A stretch of 40,394 nt of DNA from contig CAYIUC010000004.1 of NCBI GenBank assembly GCA_964366535.1, forward strand, positions 1-40,394, read 5' to 3'. Below, piece by piece: positions 16,516-25,213 of this stretch (position 1 is the stretch's first letter; every line of letters starts with the position of its first letter). A program made the translations under genes and the position numbers. Source of the DNA: an uncultured Candidatus Saccharibacteria bacterium. Lineage in GTDB: Bacteria > Patescibacteriota > Minisyncoccia > Phycocordibacterales > UBA10002. The notes under the pieces were generated by a model. That model searched no databases. It was not told where the DNA came from and worked only from the letters and a program-made list of their open reading frames with translations.

Positions 16516-17921
16516 ACAGATGGCAAATGCGCGTATGCGAGCAAGACATCGGCGACACGCGCGCTCGCTTGCCCATCTAATTTATAACAGAGTTCAGCAC
16601 ACATCTTCTCTCGCGCCGCCGCATCGCGCGACGGATCTTCCAGATATTCGCCCAAAATGAGTTTGAGTCTCGGAAAATCAAAAGCTTCTTTTAGCGCGCC
16701 GAAACGAATCACATCTTGAAAGTGCTCAAACCCGCGGAATCGACGTATAGAGCGGTGGAATGGGCGCACCTCATTCCCATCAAACGGAGCCGCTACAATG
16801 GGTCGCCCGAGAATTGCCGTTTCCAATAGCGCGGTTGAGTACACTGCCATTACGGCGTGCGCATGCCGCAAGATATTTACGAATCGTTTTAATTCTCCAA
16901 GATAGTTGGGAAGTTTTGTGTCGTAGAAAAACACTCGCGGGTGTTCCTTAAAGCGCAGGAATTTTTCTTCATCAAACTCTTTGTCTTTGCCGCGAGAACC
17001 AATGTATGGACGCACGACGAGGTATGTATCGTCGCCATACACCCCCGCATCAATCCATTTCAAAATCTCTGCAATAATGTCCGGCTCGTCAGGACAATAT
17101 GCGCTTCCAGATACATACACAATGTAACGCGCCTGCGCGGGGAAACCCATGTGTATCAACATTTCTTTACGCGGAATCACATACCTTTCATTCACCAAAA
17201 AGTCGTATTGCGGATACCCAACGATAGAAACTTCATTTGGATAGTACCCCTGAAACGCAATCGCGGCATGCCGCATCTGTTCGCTCGCCGCGAGGAAATG
17301 AGTCGCGCGGAACGGAAGATAATATTTATCAATATGGTCCCACCCCGCCGATATTCCTAGCGTATGCACTCCTTGACGCCGCGCTTCAGGCAGTACATGG
17401 CGGTCAAAACGATTGTATACACTGGATACGAGCACTACAGAAGGACAGTAGCGCTCAAAAAGAGCCTGGAACGGACGCGTGCGATATGCCACAAAATAGA
17501 ACTTCGTCGCTAGGCGCTCGCGAACGAAACGGCTCCTACCAAAAGTTGCGGCAATAAGCCGCTTAATGGGGTTCAACCACCTCTTGCCTCCAGCTGGCGG
17601 CTCACCAGGGCGCATACCCATAGTCGCTAGAATTTCCGTCGTCTTCGTATATAGAAGATACGAAGAGAAAAAGAGGTAAAGTCGCTGGAGCAGTGTGCGT
17701 CTGTAGTTCAAAAGCACCGGCTCCATAATAATTCGCTCGTTCCACACATCCCCCAACTCCGCGCGATAACGCTCGTAATCCTTTGTATTAACCAATACGA
17801 CAACTCGCAGGCGCGAAGAATCTTCTACCGCTCTTTTAAGAATATCAAACACACATCCAGGAAAACCGAAAAGATTCCGAAATTCCAGAGGAGACGGAAG
17901 TGTGATAAAAAGCGTGCGCAT
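16512..17921 (-). CDS. GT-B fold transferase, TagF-like ('WD-motif' paralogue 3)
   Basis: 'AGWDHIDK', 'IVGYPQYD', 'VRPY', 'STALLETA', 'YKLDGQASAR'. Confidence 0.7.
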   Translation of the reverse strand: MRTLFITLPSPLEFRNLFGFPGCVFDILKRAVEDSSRLRVVVLVNTKDYERYRAELGDVWNERIIMEPVLLNYRRTLLQRLYLFFSSYLLYTKTTEILATMGMRPGEPPAGGKRWLNPIKRLIAATFGRSRFVRERLATKFYFVAYRTRPFQALFERYCPSVVLVSSVYNRFDRHVLPEARRQGVHTLGISAGWDHIDKYYLPFRATHFLAASEQMRHAAIAFQGYYPNEVSIVGYPQYDFLVNERYVIPRKEMLIHMGFPAQARYIVYVSGSAYCPDEPDIIAEILKWIDAGVYGDDTYLVVRPYIGSRGKDKEFDEEKFLRFKEHPRVFFYDTKLPNYLGELKRFVNILRHAHAVMAVYSTALLETAILGRPIVAAPFDGNEVRPFHRSIRRFRGFEHFQDVIRFGALKEAFDFPRLKLILGEYLEDPSRDAAAREKMCAELCYKLDGQASARVADVLLAYAHLPSV

Positions 17922-17978
17922 AGTCGTATACTATAACAAAGCATCGTAGCGCAATGCTATACTGCCTTACTACCACAT
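17922..17978. promoter_or_regulatory. Divergent promoter spacer with extended -10 boxes on both strands
   Basis: Minus TGtTATAGT (hexamer 17930-17935), 8 nt before ATG 17921; plus TGcTATACT (hexamer 17958-17963) before ATG 17979. Confidence 0.55.
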
Positions 17979-18617
17979 ATGAACACGCCAAATCTTTGGA
18001 AACGGATCAAAAAACGGCTATACCGCATCGCGCGAGCATGTAACCCGCGAGAGCGCCGATTGCGCGCGCTCTACAAGCGTTTTTCCGAATCGCCCGATGG
18101 AGCGCGCATTATTGCGTTTCGCAATGCGAAAAAACTATGGCGGCTCATACGAGAGTTCCGACCGAAAAACACCTTGGAACTCGGAACTGGCATCGGGGCG
18201 TCTGCGGCGTTTATTGCAGACGCGCTTCCTGCTCAAGGAAAACTAACAACACTAGAACAGGACGAAAAATACTGTTCACTGGCTAATACAATCATTCCAC
18301 AAAATCTTCAGAAAAAAATAAAAATACTGCACTCCCCTGTCCGTACATTTTTCTTGGATTATATATCTCCATCGCAGACGCTCTCTGGATATACATCGCT
18401 CCCGACCGAGTGCGGCCCGTTTGATTTTGTGCTAGTGGACGGCCCAACTGCGTCTTTCCCCAATGGCGACCTATTTCATATCATTCCTCACCTCGCGTTT
18501 GGATGCCTCGTTCTCGTGGATGGGCGCGCAGAAGCAGTCAAACTCTACAAAAAACATATCATAAACCTAGAGTGCATAGCCGAATCGCCCTACTTTACGC
18601 TTTTTCGACTGAAATAA
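17979..18617 (+). CDS. Class I SAM-dependent (O-)methyltransferase
   Basis: TLELGTGIG, 'TTLEQD', 'FDFVLVDGP', 'VLVDGR'. Confidence 0.8.
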   Translation: MNTPNLWKRIKKRLYRIARACNPRERRLRALYKRFSESPDGARIIAFRNAKKLWRLIREFRPKNTLELGTGIGASAAFIADALPAQGKLTTLEQDEKYCSLANTIIPQNLQKKIKILHSPVRTFFLDYISPSQTLSGYTSLPTECGPFDFVLVDGPTASFPNGDLFHIIPHLAFGCLVLVDGRAEAVKLYKKHIINLECIAESPYFTLFRLK

Positions 18618-19486
18618 CGAGAGGGGAAACGCAAAAATTCGCGCGCAATATTGCGCTTCTTGAGCCATAAGCGTCTGCACCACGGAGCAATAAACATCCA
18701 TTTGCGAGAGAACGGAATAACAGGAGAAGTTGCCAACCGCCAAAACATAACGAGAAAATAGCGCGTAAATGGGAACGGAGCGAGAAACTCTTGATACGAA
18801 AATGGATGGCTTGCCGGATGTCGCTCAATACGCGAACGCATATCCTGCAAGCGTGTATGTAGCGGTTCTCGGACGGAGTAGAACCTAGTTGCAAGCGCGG
18901 CTTCAGAAAGCATCGCGAGCGTACATTGGAATGTAATTGCTGTGGAGCGTTCGTGAATCTTCTTGATGAGATAGGATCGCCACAAACCGAAGGTGAAGAT
19001 GGGGCTTTTGCCGTGTCGAAAATGATAGAAGAAGGTCTCTTGGTATGAAGCGTCGGTAAAAAAATGCGTCCGCACTCGCGTTTCTTCGCGCCCATCGGGG
19101 TAAAGCCGCCGTTCAAAGTAGTGGCTCATTGCGACTCCATAATCTGGATTTTCTTCTAAGACGCGCACGAGTGTTTCTACGAAGCGCTCATTCCATTCGT
19201 CGTCATCAGATGCCCACATAAAGTACTTCCCTTTTGCTTGTTTGAGCACGAATTCGTGATTTGCGATGGCGCCGATGTTCTTCGGCTGGCGAATGTAGGT
19301 GATGCGCATGTCTTCTGCCGCGTACGCACGCATCAGTGTTTCGGTATCGTCGGTAGAAGCGTTGTCGGAGATAATATACTCAATGTTCTTGTAGGTTTGG
19401 CGCAAAAGCGTATTAAGCGCGCCAGGCAAGAGCCGTGCGCGATTGTATGTGGGAATGCCGATGCTGACGAGTGGGAGTGGGGTCAT
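18590..19486 (-). CDS. Glycosyltransferase family 2 (downstream copy B)
   Basis: VSIGIPTYNR, ISDNASTD, WASDDD (DxD). Start at ATG 19486, ATGA-coupled to copy A. Confidence 0.9.
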   Translation of the reverse strand: MTPLPLVSIGIPTYNRARLLPGALNTLLRQTYKNIEYIISDNASTDDTETLMRAYAAEDMRITYIRQPKNIGAIANHEFVLKQAKGKYFMWASDDDEWNERFVETLVRVLEENPDYGVAMSHYFERRLYPDGREETRVRTHFFTDASYQETFFYHFRHGKSPIFTFGLWRSYLIKKIHERSTAITFQCTLAMLSEAALATRFYSVREPLHTRLQDMRSRIERHPASHPFSYQEFLAPFPFTRYFLVMFWRLATSPVIPFSRKWMFIAPWCRRLWLKKRNIAREFLRFPSRYFSRKSVK

Positions 19487-19488
19487 AG
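19064..19488. repeat. 425-bp perfect direct repeat, copy 1 (5' part of GT2-B)
   Basis: Line-by-line comparison with 19954-20378 shows no mismatch; offset 890 bp. Confidence 0.95.
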
Positions 19489-20376
19489 TAAGCGTGGCCA
19501 TATTTTAGAGAAAAAACGCTGGAATTCTTCAATTATGAGCCATCGTTGCCGAAGCAAATGGCGAAACCAGATCAGTAAAAAGGATGCTCGCTGCAGCATA
19601 GGAACCACTGGGGAGAAGGAAAACCTACGAAATGTAGTAATAAAATAATATGTCCAAGAAAACGAAGAAGCAAATTCTTGGCGCGAGTACAGGTTGTGCG
19701 ACGGGTCGTGCCTTTCAATGCGCGAACGCATATCTTGCGAGCGTGTATGTAGCGGTTCTTGAACGGAGTAGAACCCGGCCACGAACGCCGCTTCTGCGAG
19801 CATGGGGCGAGTCCCGTCTCGGGTAATTGCCTGCAGATGCGTATGCAGTTTTTTGAGCAATGCGGCGCGCCACAAACCGAAGGTGAAGATGCAACTTTTC
19901 TTATACTTCAGATGGTAGTAACACACCTGTTTCCTACTCCACTCTGTAAAATTATGCGTCCGCACTCGCGTTTCTTCGCGCCCATCGGGGTAAAGCCGCC
20001 GTTCAAAGTAGTGGCTCATTGCGACTCCATAATCTGGATTTTCTTCTAAGACGCGCACGAGTGTTTCTACGAAGCGCTCATTCCATTCGTCGTCATCAGA
20101 TGCCCACATAAAGTACTTCCCTTTTGCTTGTTTGAGCACGAATTCGTGATTTGCGATGGCGCCGATGTTCTTCGGCTGGCGAATGTAGGTGATGCGCATG
20201 TCTTCTGCCGCGTACGCACGCATCAGTGTTTCGGTATCGTCGGTAGAAGCGTTGTCGGAGATAATATACTCAATGTTCTTGTAGGTTTGGCGCAAAAGCG
20301 TATTAAGCGCGCCAGGCAAGAGCCGTGCGCGATTGTATGTGGGAATGCCGATGCTGACGAGTGGGAGTGGGGTCAT
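19483..20376 (-). CDS. Glycosyltransferase family 2 (upstream copy A)
   Basis: Same GT2 motifs; first 141 aa identical to copy B, remainder diverged. Confidence 0.9.
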   Translation of the reverse strand: MTPLPLVSIGIPTYNRARLLPGALNTLLRQTYKNIEYIISDNASTDDTETLMRAYAAEDMRITYIRQPKNIGAIANHEFVLKQAKGKYFMWASDDDEWNERFVETLVRVLEENPDYGVAMSHYFERRLYPDGREETRVRTHNFTEWSRKQVCYYHLKYKKSCIFTFGLWRAALLKKLHTHLQAITRDGTRPMLAEAAFVAGFYSVQEPLHTRSQDMRSRIERHDPSHNLYSRQEFASSFSWTYYFITTFRRFSFSPVVPMLQRASFLLIWFRHLLRQRWLIIEEFQRFFSKIWPRLL

Positions 20377-20378
20377 AG
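19954..20378. repeat. 425-bp perfect direct repeat, copy 2 (5' part of GT2-A)
   Basis: Identical to 19064-19488. Confidence 0.95.
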
Positions 20379-21374
20379 GTGTTCTTTGCGTATCCGCTCA
20401 AATGCGTCTGCTTGCTCCAATAGACCGTACTCGCGACACAACGCCTCTACGCGCGGGCCTTGTGTAAGCCCCCCAGTACTCTCAAAAGCAATATCAGCGA
20501 GAGAACGCACAAATGATTGGTAGGCGCATGTGGCGGGGTGTCGCGAGTGTATTTCCTGCGTTTCTTTGAGGCATTCAAGTGCATATTCCAACTGTAAATA
20601 TACCACGCTGACAAACGCGAGCTTTTCAAACATACGGCGTCGCGCCACCGCATCGGTAATTCGTCGAACCGATGCAATGTCACGAAGATATAAGGCGTCG
20701 GTTGCTATCTGAAACCCTTCGCCGCGAAGCCCAACCGGGTAGCGATACGGCGAGCAGTCCAAGATATACTTCGTAAACTTCACGAAGGAAAAACCGCGCT
20801 TTGCGAGCCACGCGGTAACTGCCCCAAATAATTTCTGCCCGCGATACACTTCGTGGAACGAGACCTCAGAAATCACACACACGGCGTTATTGTGTATCGT
20901 ACGCTCGCCTCCTTGCAAAATCTCGAGTTCAGTTCCCTGCGTGTCCAAAGACAGGATATCAGGCGACGGCAAGCGCGTGCGCGAACCGAGGCATAGGGAA
21001 TCCAGAGTTACAACCGATACGGGCTCGCGCACAACTGTTTTCATTGCTTCGCCAAACACAACATCGCGCTTTAGTTTCCTAAAATAAAAGTACCATGCCT
21101 TTTTGTGCGGATGAATCGCTCGCAATGAATTTGTGAACGGGTCAGAATTGATATTAAAAATACGCTTTCCGCGAGTACGACCTAGGCATGCCGGCACAGT
21201 TATCACATGCGCCGCGCCTGCATTCGGCGTATCGGCAATATCCGCAAGGCACTTCTTGTCGGCGTCATATAGCACATTGATTATGTCCGTCTCAAAGTTC
21301 GCGAGTGTTGGAAACGGGCGTGTGCCGCCGCGCGCGCCTACATGATGTGCACAAATCTTGTCGCTCGTTCTCAT
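20373..21374 (-). CDS. FkbM-family methyltransferase
   Basis: 'HVGARGG', 'VVTLDSL', 'DILSLDTQGTELEILQG', 'EVSF..VYRGQ.LF', 'DALY'. Confidence 0.85.
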   Translation of the reverse strand: MRTSDKICAHHVGARGGTRPFPTLANFETDIINVLYDADKKCLADIADTPNAGAAHVITVPACLGRTRGKRIFNINSDPFTNSLRAIHPHKKAWYFYFRKLKRDVVFGEAMKTVVREPVSVVTLDSLCLGSRTRLPSPDILSLDTQGTELEILQGGERTIHNNAVCVISEVSFHEVYRGQKLFGAVTAWLAKRGFSFVKFTKYILDCSPYRYPVGLRGEGFQIATDALYLRDIASVRRITDAVARRRMFEKLAFVSVVYLQLEYALECLKETQEIHSRHPATCAYQSFVRSLADIAFESTGGLTQGPRVEALCREYGLLEQADAFERIRKEHL

Positions 21375-21401
21375 GGTGTGCTATGCTAGCAGGACTTTCG
21401 T
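21375..21401. promoter_or_regulatory. 27-bp bidirectional promoter with overlapping extended -10 boxes
   Basis: Plus TGcTATGCT (hexamer 21382-21387) and minus TGcTAGCAT (hexamer 21383-21388) overlap within TGCTATGCTAGCA. Confidence 0.55.
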
Positions 21402-22199
21402 ATGCCCGCAAAGAAAAATCTTTTGCAAAAAATGCGCGGCATTGCACAAATGCTCGCAAAACAACGACGACACTATTTATTATGTCGCGAGCATGGACTG
21501 ACTAGGAAGAAGGCACTTACTGTGACGATTAAGCATACCGGTGTTGTTACTGGCGATTTTGATACTGGAGGCAGTAGCATCATTACGGTCTGGCGAGACG
21601 CGCGCGGCCTCTCCGACCACGAACCGAAGACAGGAAAATGGATTAAAGGAAAAAGAGGCGTGTTGTACGACCTCGGCGCACACATAGGAAAATTTTCGTT
21701 TGCGGCGTGGAAAGAAGGAATGTCTGCTTACGCATTTGAGCCGCATTTTGAAAACTTCCGCACGCTCTGCCACAATGTGCTTTTAAACAAAAGCACAGTG
21801 CAACCATTTCAAATTGCCGTGCTAGGGAAAAACGAGGTTACTGATTTTCCTTTGAGCCAACTATCGTCTGGCTCCGCAAACCACGGTTCGCCCGAGCGGC
21901 GGTACGCGTCGCTTCCAATTTTGTCGTTCTCTCTCTACGGACTGCGCGACATACTTAAACTTCCGCCACCTGATTATCTGAAAATAGACATAGACGGGCG
22001 CGAAGCGGAGGTATTGGAGAATGCCCCTTTGGATTCCGTGAAGGAAATACTGGTAGAGGTATCTTCCGACGAGTCGCGCGAACGCGTGCGGCGCGTATTG
22101 GAAAAGGATTTCGTAAAATACGACGAGGACGAACTGGTGGGCGTCAAAGAAACTGGTGCGCGCTACCCACGCAATGAATTCTGGAAGAGAAAAAAATGA
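21402..22199 (+). CDS. FkbM-family methyltransferase (tandem paralogue 1)
   Basis: YDLGAHIG, AFEP, 'PDYLKIDIDGRE'. Confidence 0.85.
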   Translation: MPAKKNLLQKMRGIAQMLAKQRRHYLLCREHGLTRKKALTVTIKHTGVVTGDFDTGGSSIITVWRDARGLSDHEPKTGKWIKGKRGVLYDLGAHIGKFSFAAWKEGMSAYAFEPHFENFRTLCHNVLLNKSTVQPFQIAVLGKNEVTDFPLSQLSSGSANHGSPERRYASLPILSFSLYGLRDILKLPPPDYLKIDIDGREAEVLENAPLDSVKEILVEVSSDESRERVRRVLEKDFVKYDEDELVGVKETGARYPRNEFWKRKK

Positions 22200-22993
22200 A
22201 AATTACAAATTGGCTGTCTCGACTTAGAAAACCGTTTGCACAAAAATTAAGTGTAAAGAAATACTCTGCATATAGAGAATTAAGAAAACACGGAATCTCG
22301 GTATTTAATTCATTGGTAATTACATTGTGCCCAGCCGTAGTGGGTGTTTTTGCAACAGGCGGAAAAAGCGTAATTACCAACTGGAAAGACGCGCGCATGC
22401 TGCATGCCATAGGGCCTCAAATGGCTTCTTGGGTACAGAACATTGGAGCTAGAAATGCAGGGGCGGCATTTTACGATATTGGAGCAAACATAGGACAATG
22501 CGCAATATTGGCAGCGAAAGCCGGCATGCGCGTTTACGCCTTTGAACCGCACCCAGACAGTTTCCGTACATTATTTCAAAACATACGGCTCAACCGAATT
22601 GCAATTACGCCGATAAATTGCTTGGTATCGGATAAAAACGGCATTCTCGCATTTGACATAGGAACAAAATGGAGCGGCTCATGCGCGTTCGACAACAGAA
22701 CTTCGCGCAAAAAGATCGTATCTACTTTGTCGACGACACTCAACAGCTTTCATACCTTCTTCGGGCTTCCACGCCCAGAGTACTTAAAAATAGACACGGA
22801 CGGATACGAACTGCAAATCATAGAAAACTCTGACATGTCTTCGGTAAGAGAATTGTCAATTGAAATTAGCGATGAGAAAAAACACGGCGAAGTACAACGC
22901 ATTCTCATTTCAAAAGGTTTTGTTCGATTTGATGAGGAATATCTTCTGAAAGACAAGAAATATCCCATGAACGAATTCTGGAAGAGAAAGTAA
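22196..22993 (+). CDS. FkbM-family methyltransferase (tandem paralogue 2)
   Basis: YDIGANIG, AFEP, 'PEYLKIDTDGYE'; same length (265 aa) and near-identical C-terminus (NEFWKRK) as paralogue 1. Confidence 0.85.
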   Translation: MKITNWLSRLRKPFAQKLSVKKYSAYRELRKHGISVFNSLVITLCPAVVGVFATGGKSVITNWKDARMLHAIGPQMASWVQNIGARNAGAAFYDIGANIGQCAILAAKAGMRVYAFEPHPDSFRTLFQNIRLNRIAITPINCLVSDKNGILAFDIGTKWSGSCAFDNRTSRKKIVSTLSTTLNSFHTFFGLPRPEYLKIDTDGYELQIIENSDMSSVRELSIEISDEKKHGEVQRILISKGFVRFDEEYLLKDKKYPMNEFWKRK

Positions 22994-23054
22994 ATCTGTG
23001 TTATGCTATTTCTGGAAACAGAACATTTAATCTGAAAAAGAGAAAGGATTGCGT

Positions 23055-24005
23055 ATGCAACCTGAAATCGCAGTTGGAAAACAAGAACCTTGGAAACATA
23101 AGGGCGTGCAAACCGTGGGTGGACTCATCATCCCGCGGCGCGTGGCGATTGAGACAATATTCGGATGCAACCTCTCGTGCGTTATGTGCCCAATAGACAT
23201 GCCGGCTGGGCGCAAAAAAGGCATTATGGCGTGGGACCTGTTCGCAAAAATTATAAGCGATCTTTTCCCATACCGAAAAAACATCGAGCTCTTGGATTAT
23301 TTTTGTCTCGGCGAGCCGCTGATGGACAAGATGATTTTTGAGCGTATCAAGTACGCCAAAGCGCGTGGATTCCAAAACTTAAGCATCTCTACTAACGCGA
23401 TGCTTCTGACACCAGAAAAGCAAGACGCACTTCTGGAAAGTGGAGTTGATACAGTTATCTTCTCCATAGACGGCGCGAAAGCGGAAACGCATGAAGCAAT
23501 TCGCGTACGCGCAAAGTTTGACACAGTAGTCAAGAATTGCGTGGAGATGATTGAGCGACGAAATGCCGGAAACTATCCGACCCGTTTTCTCGTCCGCTTC
23601 GTTCGACAAGACGCGAACCGCGGCGAATGGGAAGTGTTCAAGGCATTCTGGGAAGAAAAAATCAATCGCGAGCGGCGCGACTTTATCGGATGTTTAGACG
23701 CCAGGTCGTGGGGAAGCGTGCATTTTCCAGTGACCCGAACGGAAGTCATTGAGAAAATGGCTTGTCCGCAGATATCAGAGATTCTGTACATTCTTTGCGA
23801 CGGAACGGTACCGCTATGCTGCAACGATTGGAACAAGCCAGAGTACAACTTCGGCAATGCAGGGGAGCAATCTCCCATTGAAATATACAATTCGACGCAG
23901 CTTGCGGCGATTCGCAGAATCCACGAAGACGGGCGCAAATGCGCCATGGAAATCTGCAAAGATTGTACGGTGCTTTATGCGCTGGGTCAGCGGGAATTCG
24001 CATAG
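23055..24005 (+). CDS. Radical SAM protein with SPASM/twitch domain
   Basis: CxxxCxxC (CNLSCVMC), GEP, STNA, FSIDG; C-terminal C..DG.V.LCC.D...C..C. AAAGGA SD before ATG 23055. Confidence 0.9.
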   Translation: MQPEIAVGKQEPWKHKGVQTVGGLIIPRRVAIETIFGCNLSCVMCPIDMPAGRKKGIMAWDLFAKIISDLFPYRKNIELLDYFCLGEPLMDKMIFERIKYAKARGFQNLSISTNAMLLTPEKQDALLESGVDTVIFSIDGAKAETHEAIRVRAKFDTVVKNCVEMIERRNAGNYPTRFLVRFVRQDANRGEWEVFKAFWEEKINRERRDFIGCLDARSWGSVHFPVTRTEVIEKMACPQISEILYILCDGTVPLCCNDWNKPEYNFGNAGEQSPIEIYNSTQLAAIRRIHEDGRKCAMEICKDCTVLYALGQREFA

Positions 24006-24023
24006 CTCTCGCTTCCACTCACC

Positions 24024-24057
24024 CTCCCCAGACCCTTACCGGTTTGGGGAGTTTTTT
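24024..24057 (+). terminator. Intrinsic terminator after the radical SAM gene, overlapping the 3' end of the convergent aminotransferase
   Basis: Stem CTCCCCAGACC/GGTTTGGGGAG (one G-U pair), 6-nt loop, then TTTTTT. Confidence 0.65.
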
Positions 24058-25208
24058 AACACTGCAATCATCTGCGCGATTGCTTTTTTAATCATTGGCA
24101 CCGTGGCTGACGCGAAGCTCATACGCACAAACCCGTCGCCTTGCGCGCCAAACGCCGTGCCGTCTAGTAGCGACACTCCCGCTTTTTCAAGCATCAAATC
24201 GCGGAAGGCGACGCTTGAAAGTCCGGTACCGCTAATGTTTGCAAACGCATAAAATGCTCCGCCAGGCGAGACACAGGAAACGCCTGGAATAGTATTCAAC
24301 CCTTGTATAAGAGCGGAGCGGCGCTTCTGGAGCTCCCGCCACCGCATAGCAACTCCTTTCTCGCCAGAACTGAGCGCCGCAATTCCGCCGCGCTGTATAA
24401 AAACAGGAAGGCACGAAAGAATTGTTTCCGCCATAAGTCCTATCTTTTGTGCAACTATTGGTGGCGCAACTACAAAACCGAGCCGCCATCCTGACATCGC
24501 ATACGCTTTGGAAAAACTATACAAAAGAATGACGCGCTCACTGCATCTGTCAAAAGACGACGCGGATGCTATTTGCGCGTCCGAGAGTTTTCTATACACT
24601 TCGTCGCTCAAGATACAGCAGTCATTCTCTTCAGCAAGACGATAAAACGCTTCCACATCATCTTTTGTTAGCACTGATCCCGTAGGATTCTGCGGCGAGT
24701 TTAGGATAATTAAGCGCGTGCGCGGCGTGATACGCTTTCTAGTTTCTTCTGGTGACATTCGGAAACTGTCTTTCTCACGAAGCGGCACAGGAACGCCGCG
24801 AACTCCTGCATACGCGCATACTGCGGCATAGGTTGGAAATCCTGGGTCTGGATAGAGCACTTCGTCTCCAGGGTTCGCAATCGTACGAATTACAAAATCA
24901 ATGAGCGCGTTTGCTGGAGACACAACGACTTGCGAGATATCAGGCAAAAAGCCCCACTCATCTTTTGCGTATCGCGCAATTTCCTCACGCAATTCCCACA
25001 AACCAGAAGAAGAGGTGTAGTGCGTCTCGCCCGCGTCAAGAGATTTTTTTGCAGCCGCGACTACCGCAGGTGGCGTATCAAAATGCGGATCGCCTATTTC
25101 AAAATGAATCACTTTCTTGCCGGCGCGCTCGCGCTCCTTCACTACAGAAAGAAAGCCGAACATCGGCTGTCCTATAAGCCGCTTTGCCGATTCTGAAAGA
25201 GATCGCAT
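24036..25208 (-). CDS. PLP-dependent aminotransferase, class I/II
   Basis: IGDPHFDTP, YTSSSG, NSPQNPTG, SDEVY, SFSKAYAMSGWRLG, RMSFA. Confidence 0.92.
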   Translation of the reverse strand: MRSLSESAKRLIGQPMFGFLSVVKERERAGKKVIHFEIGDPHFDTPPAVVAAAKKSLDAGETHYTSSSGLWELREEIARYAKDEWGFLPDISQVVVSPANALIDFVIRTIANPGDEVLYPDPGFPTYAAVCAYAGVRGVPVPLREKDSFRMSPEETRKRITPRTRLIILNSPQNPTGSVLTKDDVEAFYRLAEENDCCILSDEVYRKLSDAQIASASSFDRCSERVILLYSFSKAYAMSGWRLGFVVAPPIVAQKIGLMAETILSCLPVFIQRGGIAALSSGEKGVAMRWRELQKRRSALIQGLNTIPGVSCVSPGGAFYAFANISGTGLSSVAFRDLMLEKAGVSLLDGTAFGAQGDGFVRMSFASATVPMIKKAIAQMIAVLKNSPNR

Positions 25209-25213
25209 AAAAA

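Noticed and set aside
18590-20376. GT2 pair as a diversity-generating retroelement TR/VR
   Set aside because: Differences in the 3' halves involve all four bases rather than only adenines, both copies are intact ORFs, and no reverse transcriptase is in the window.
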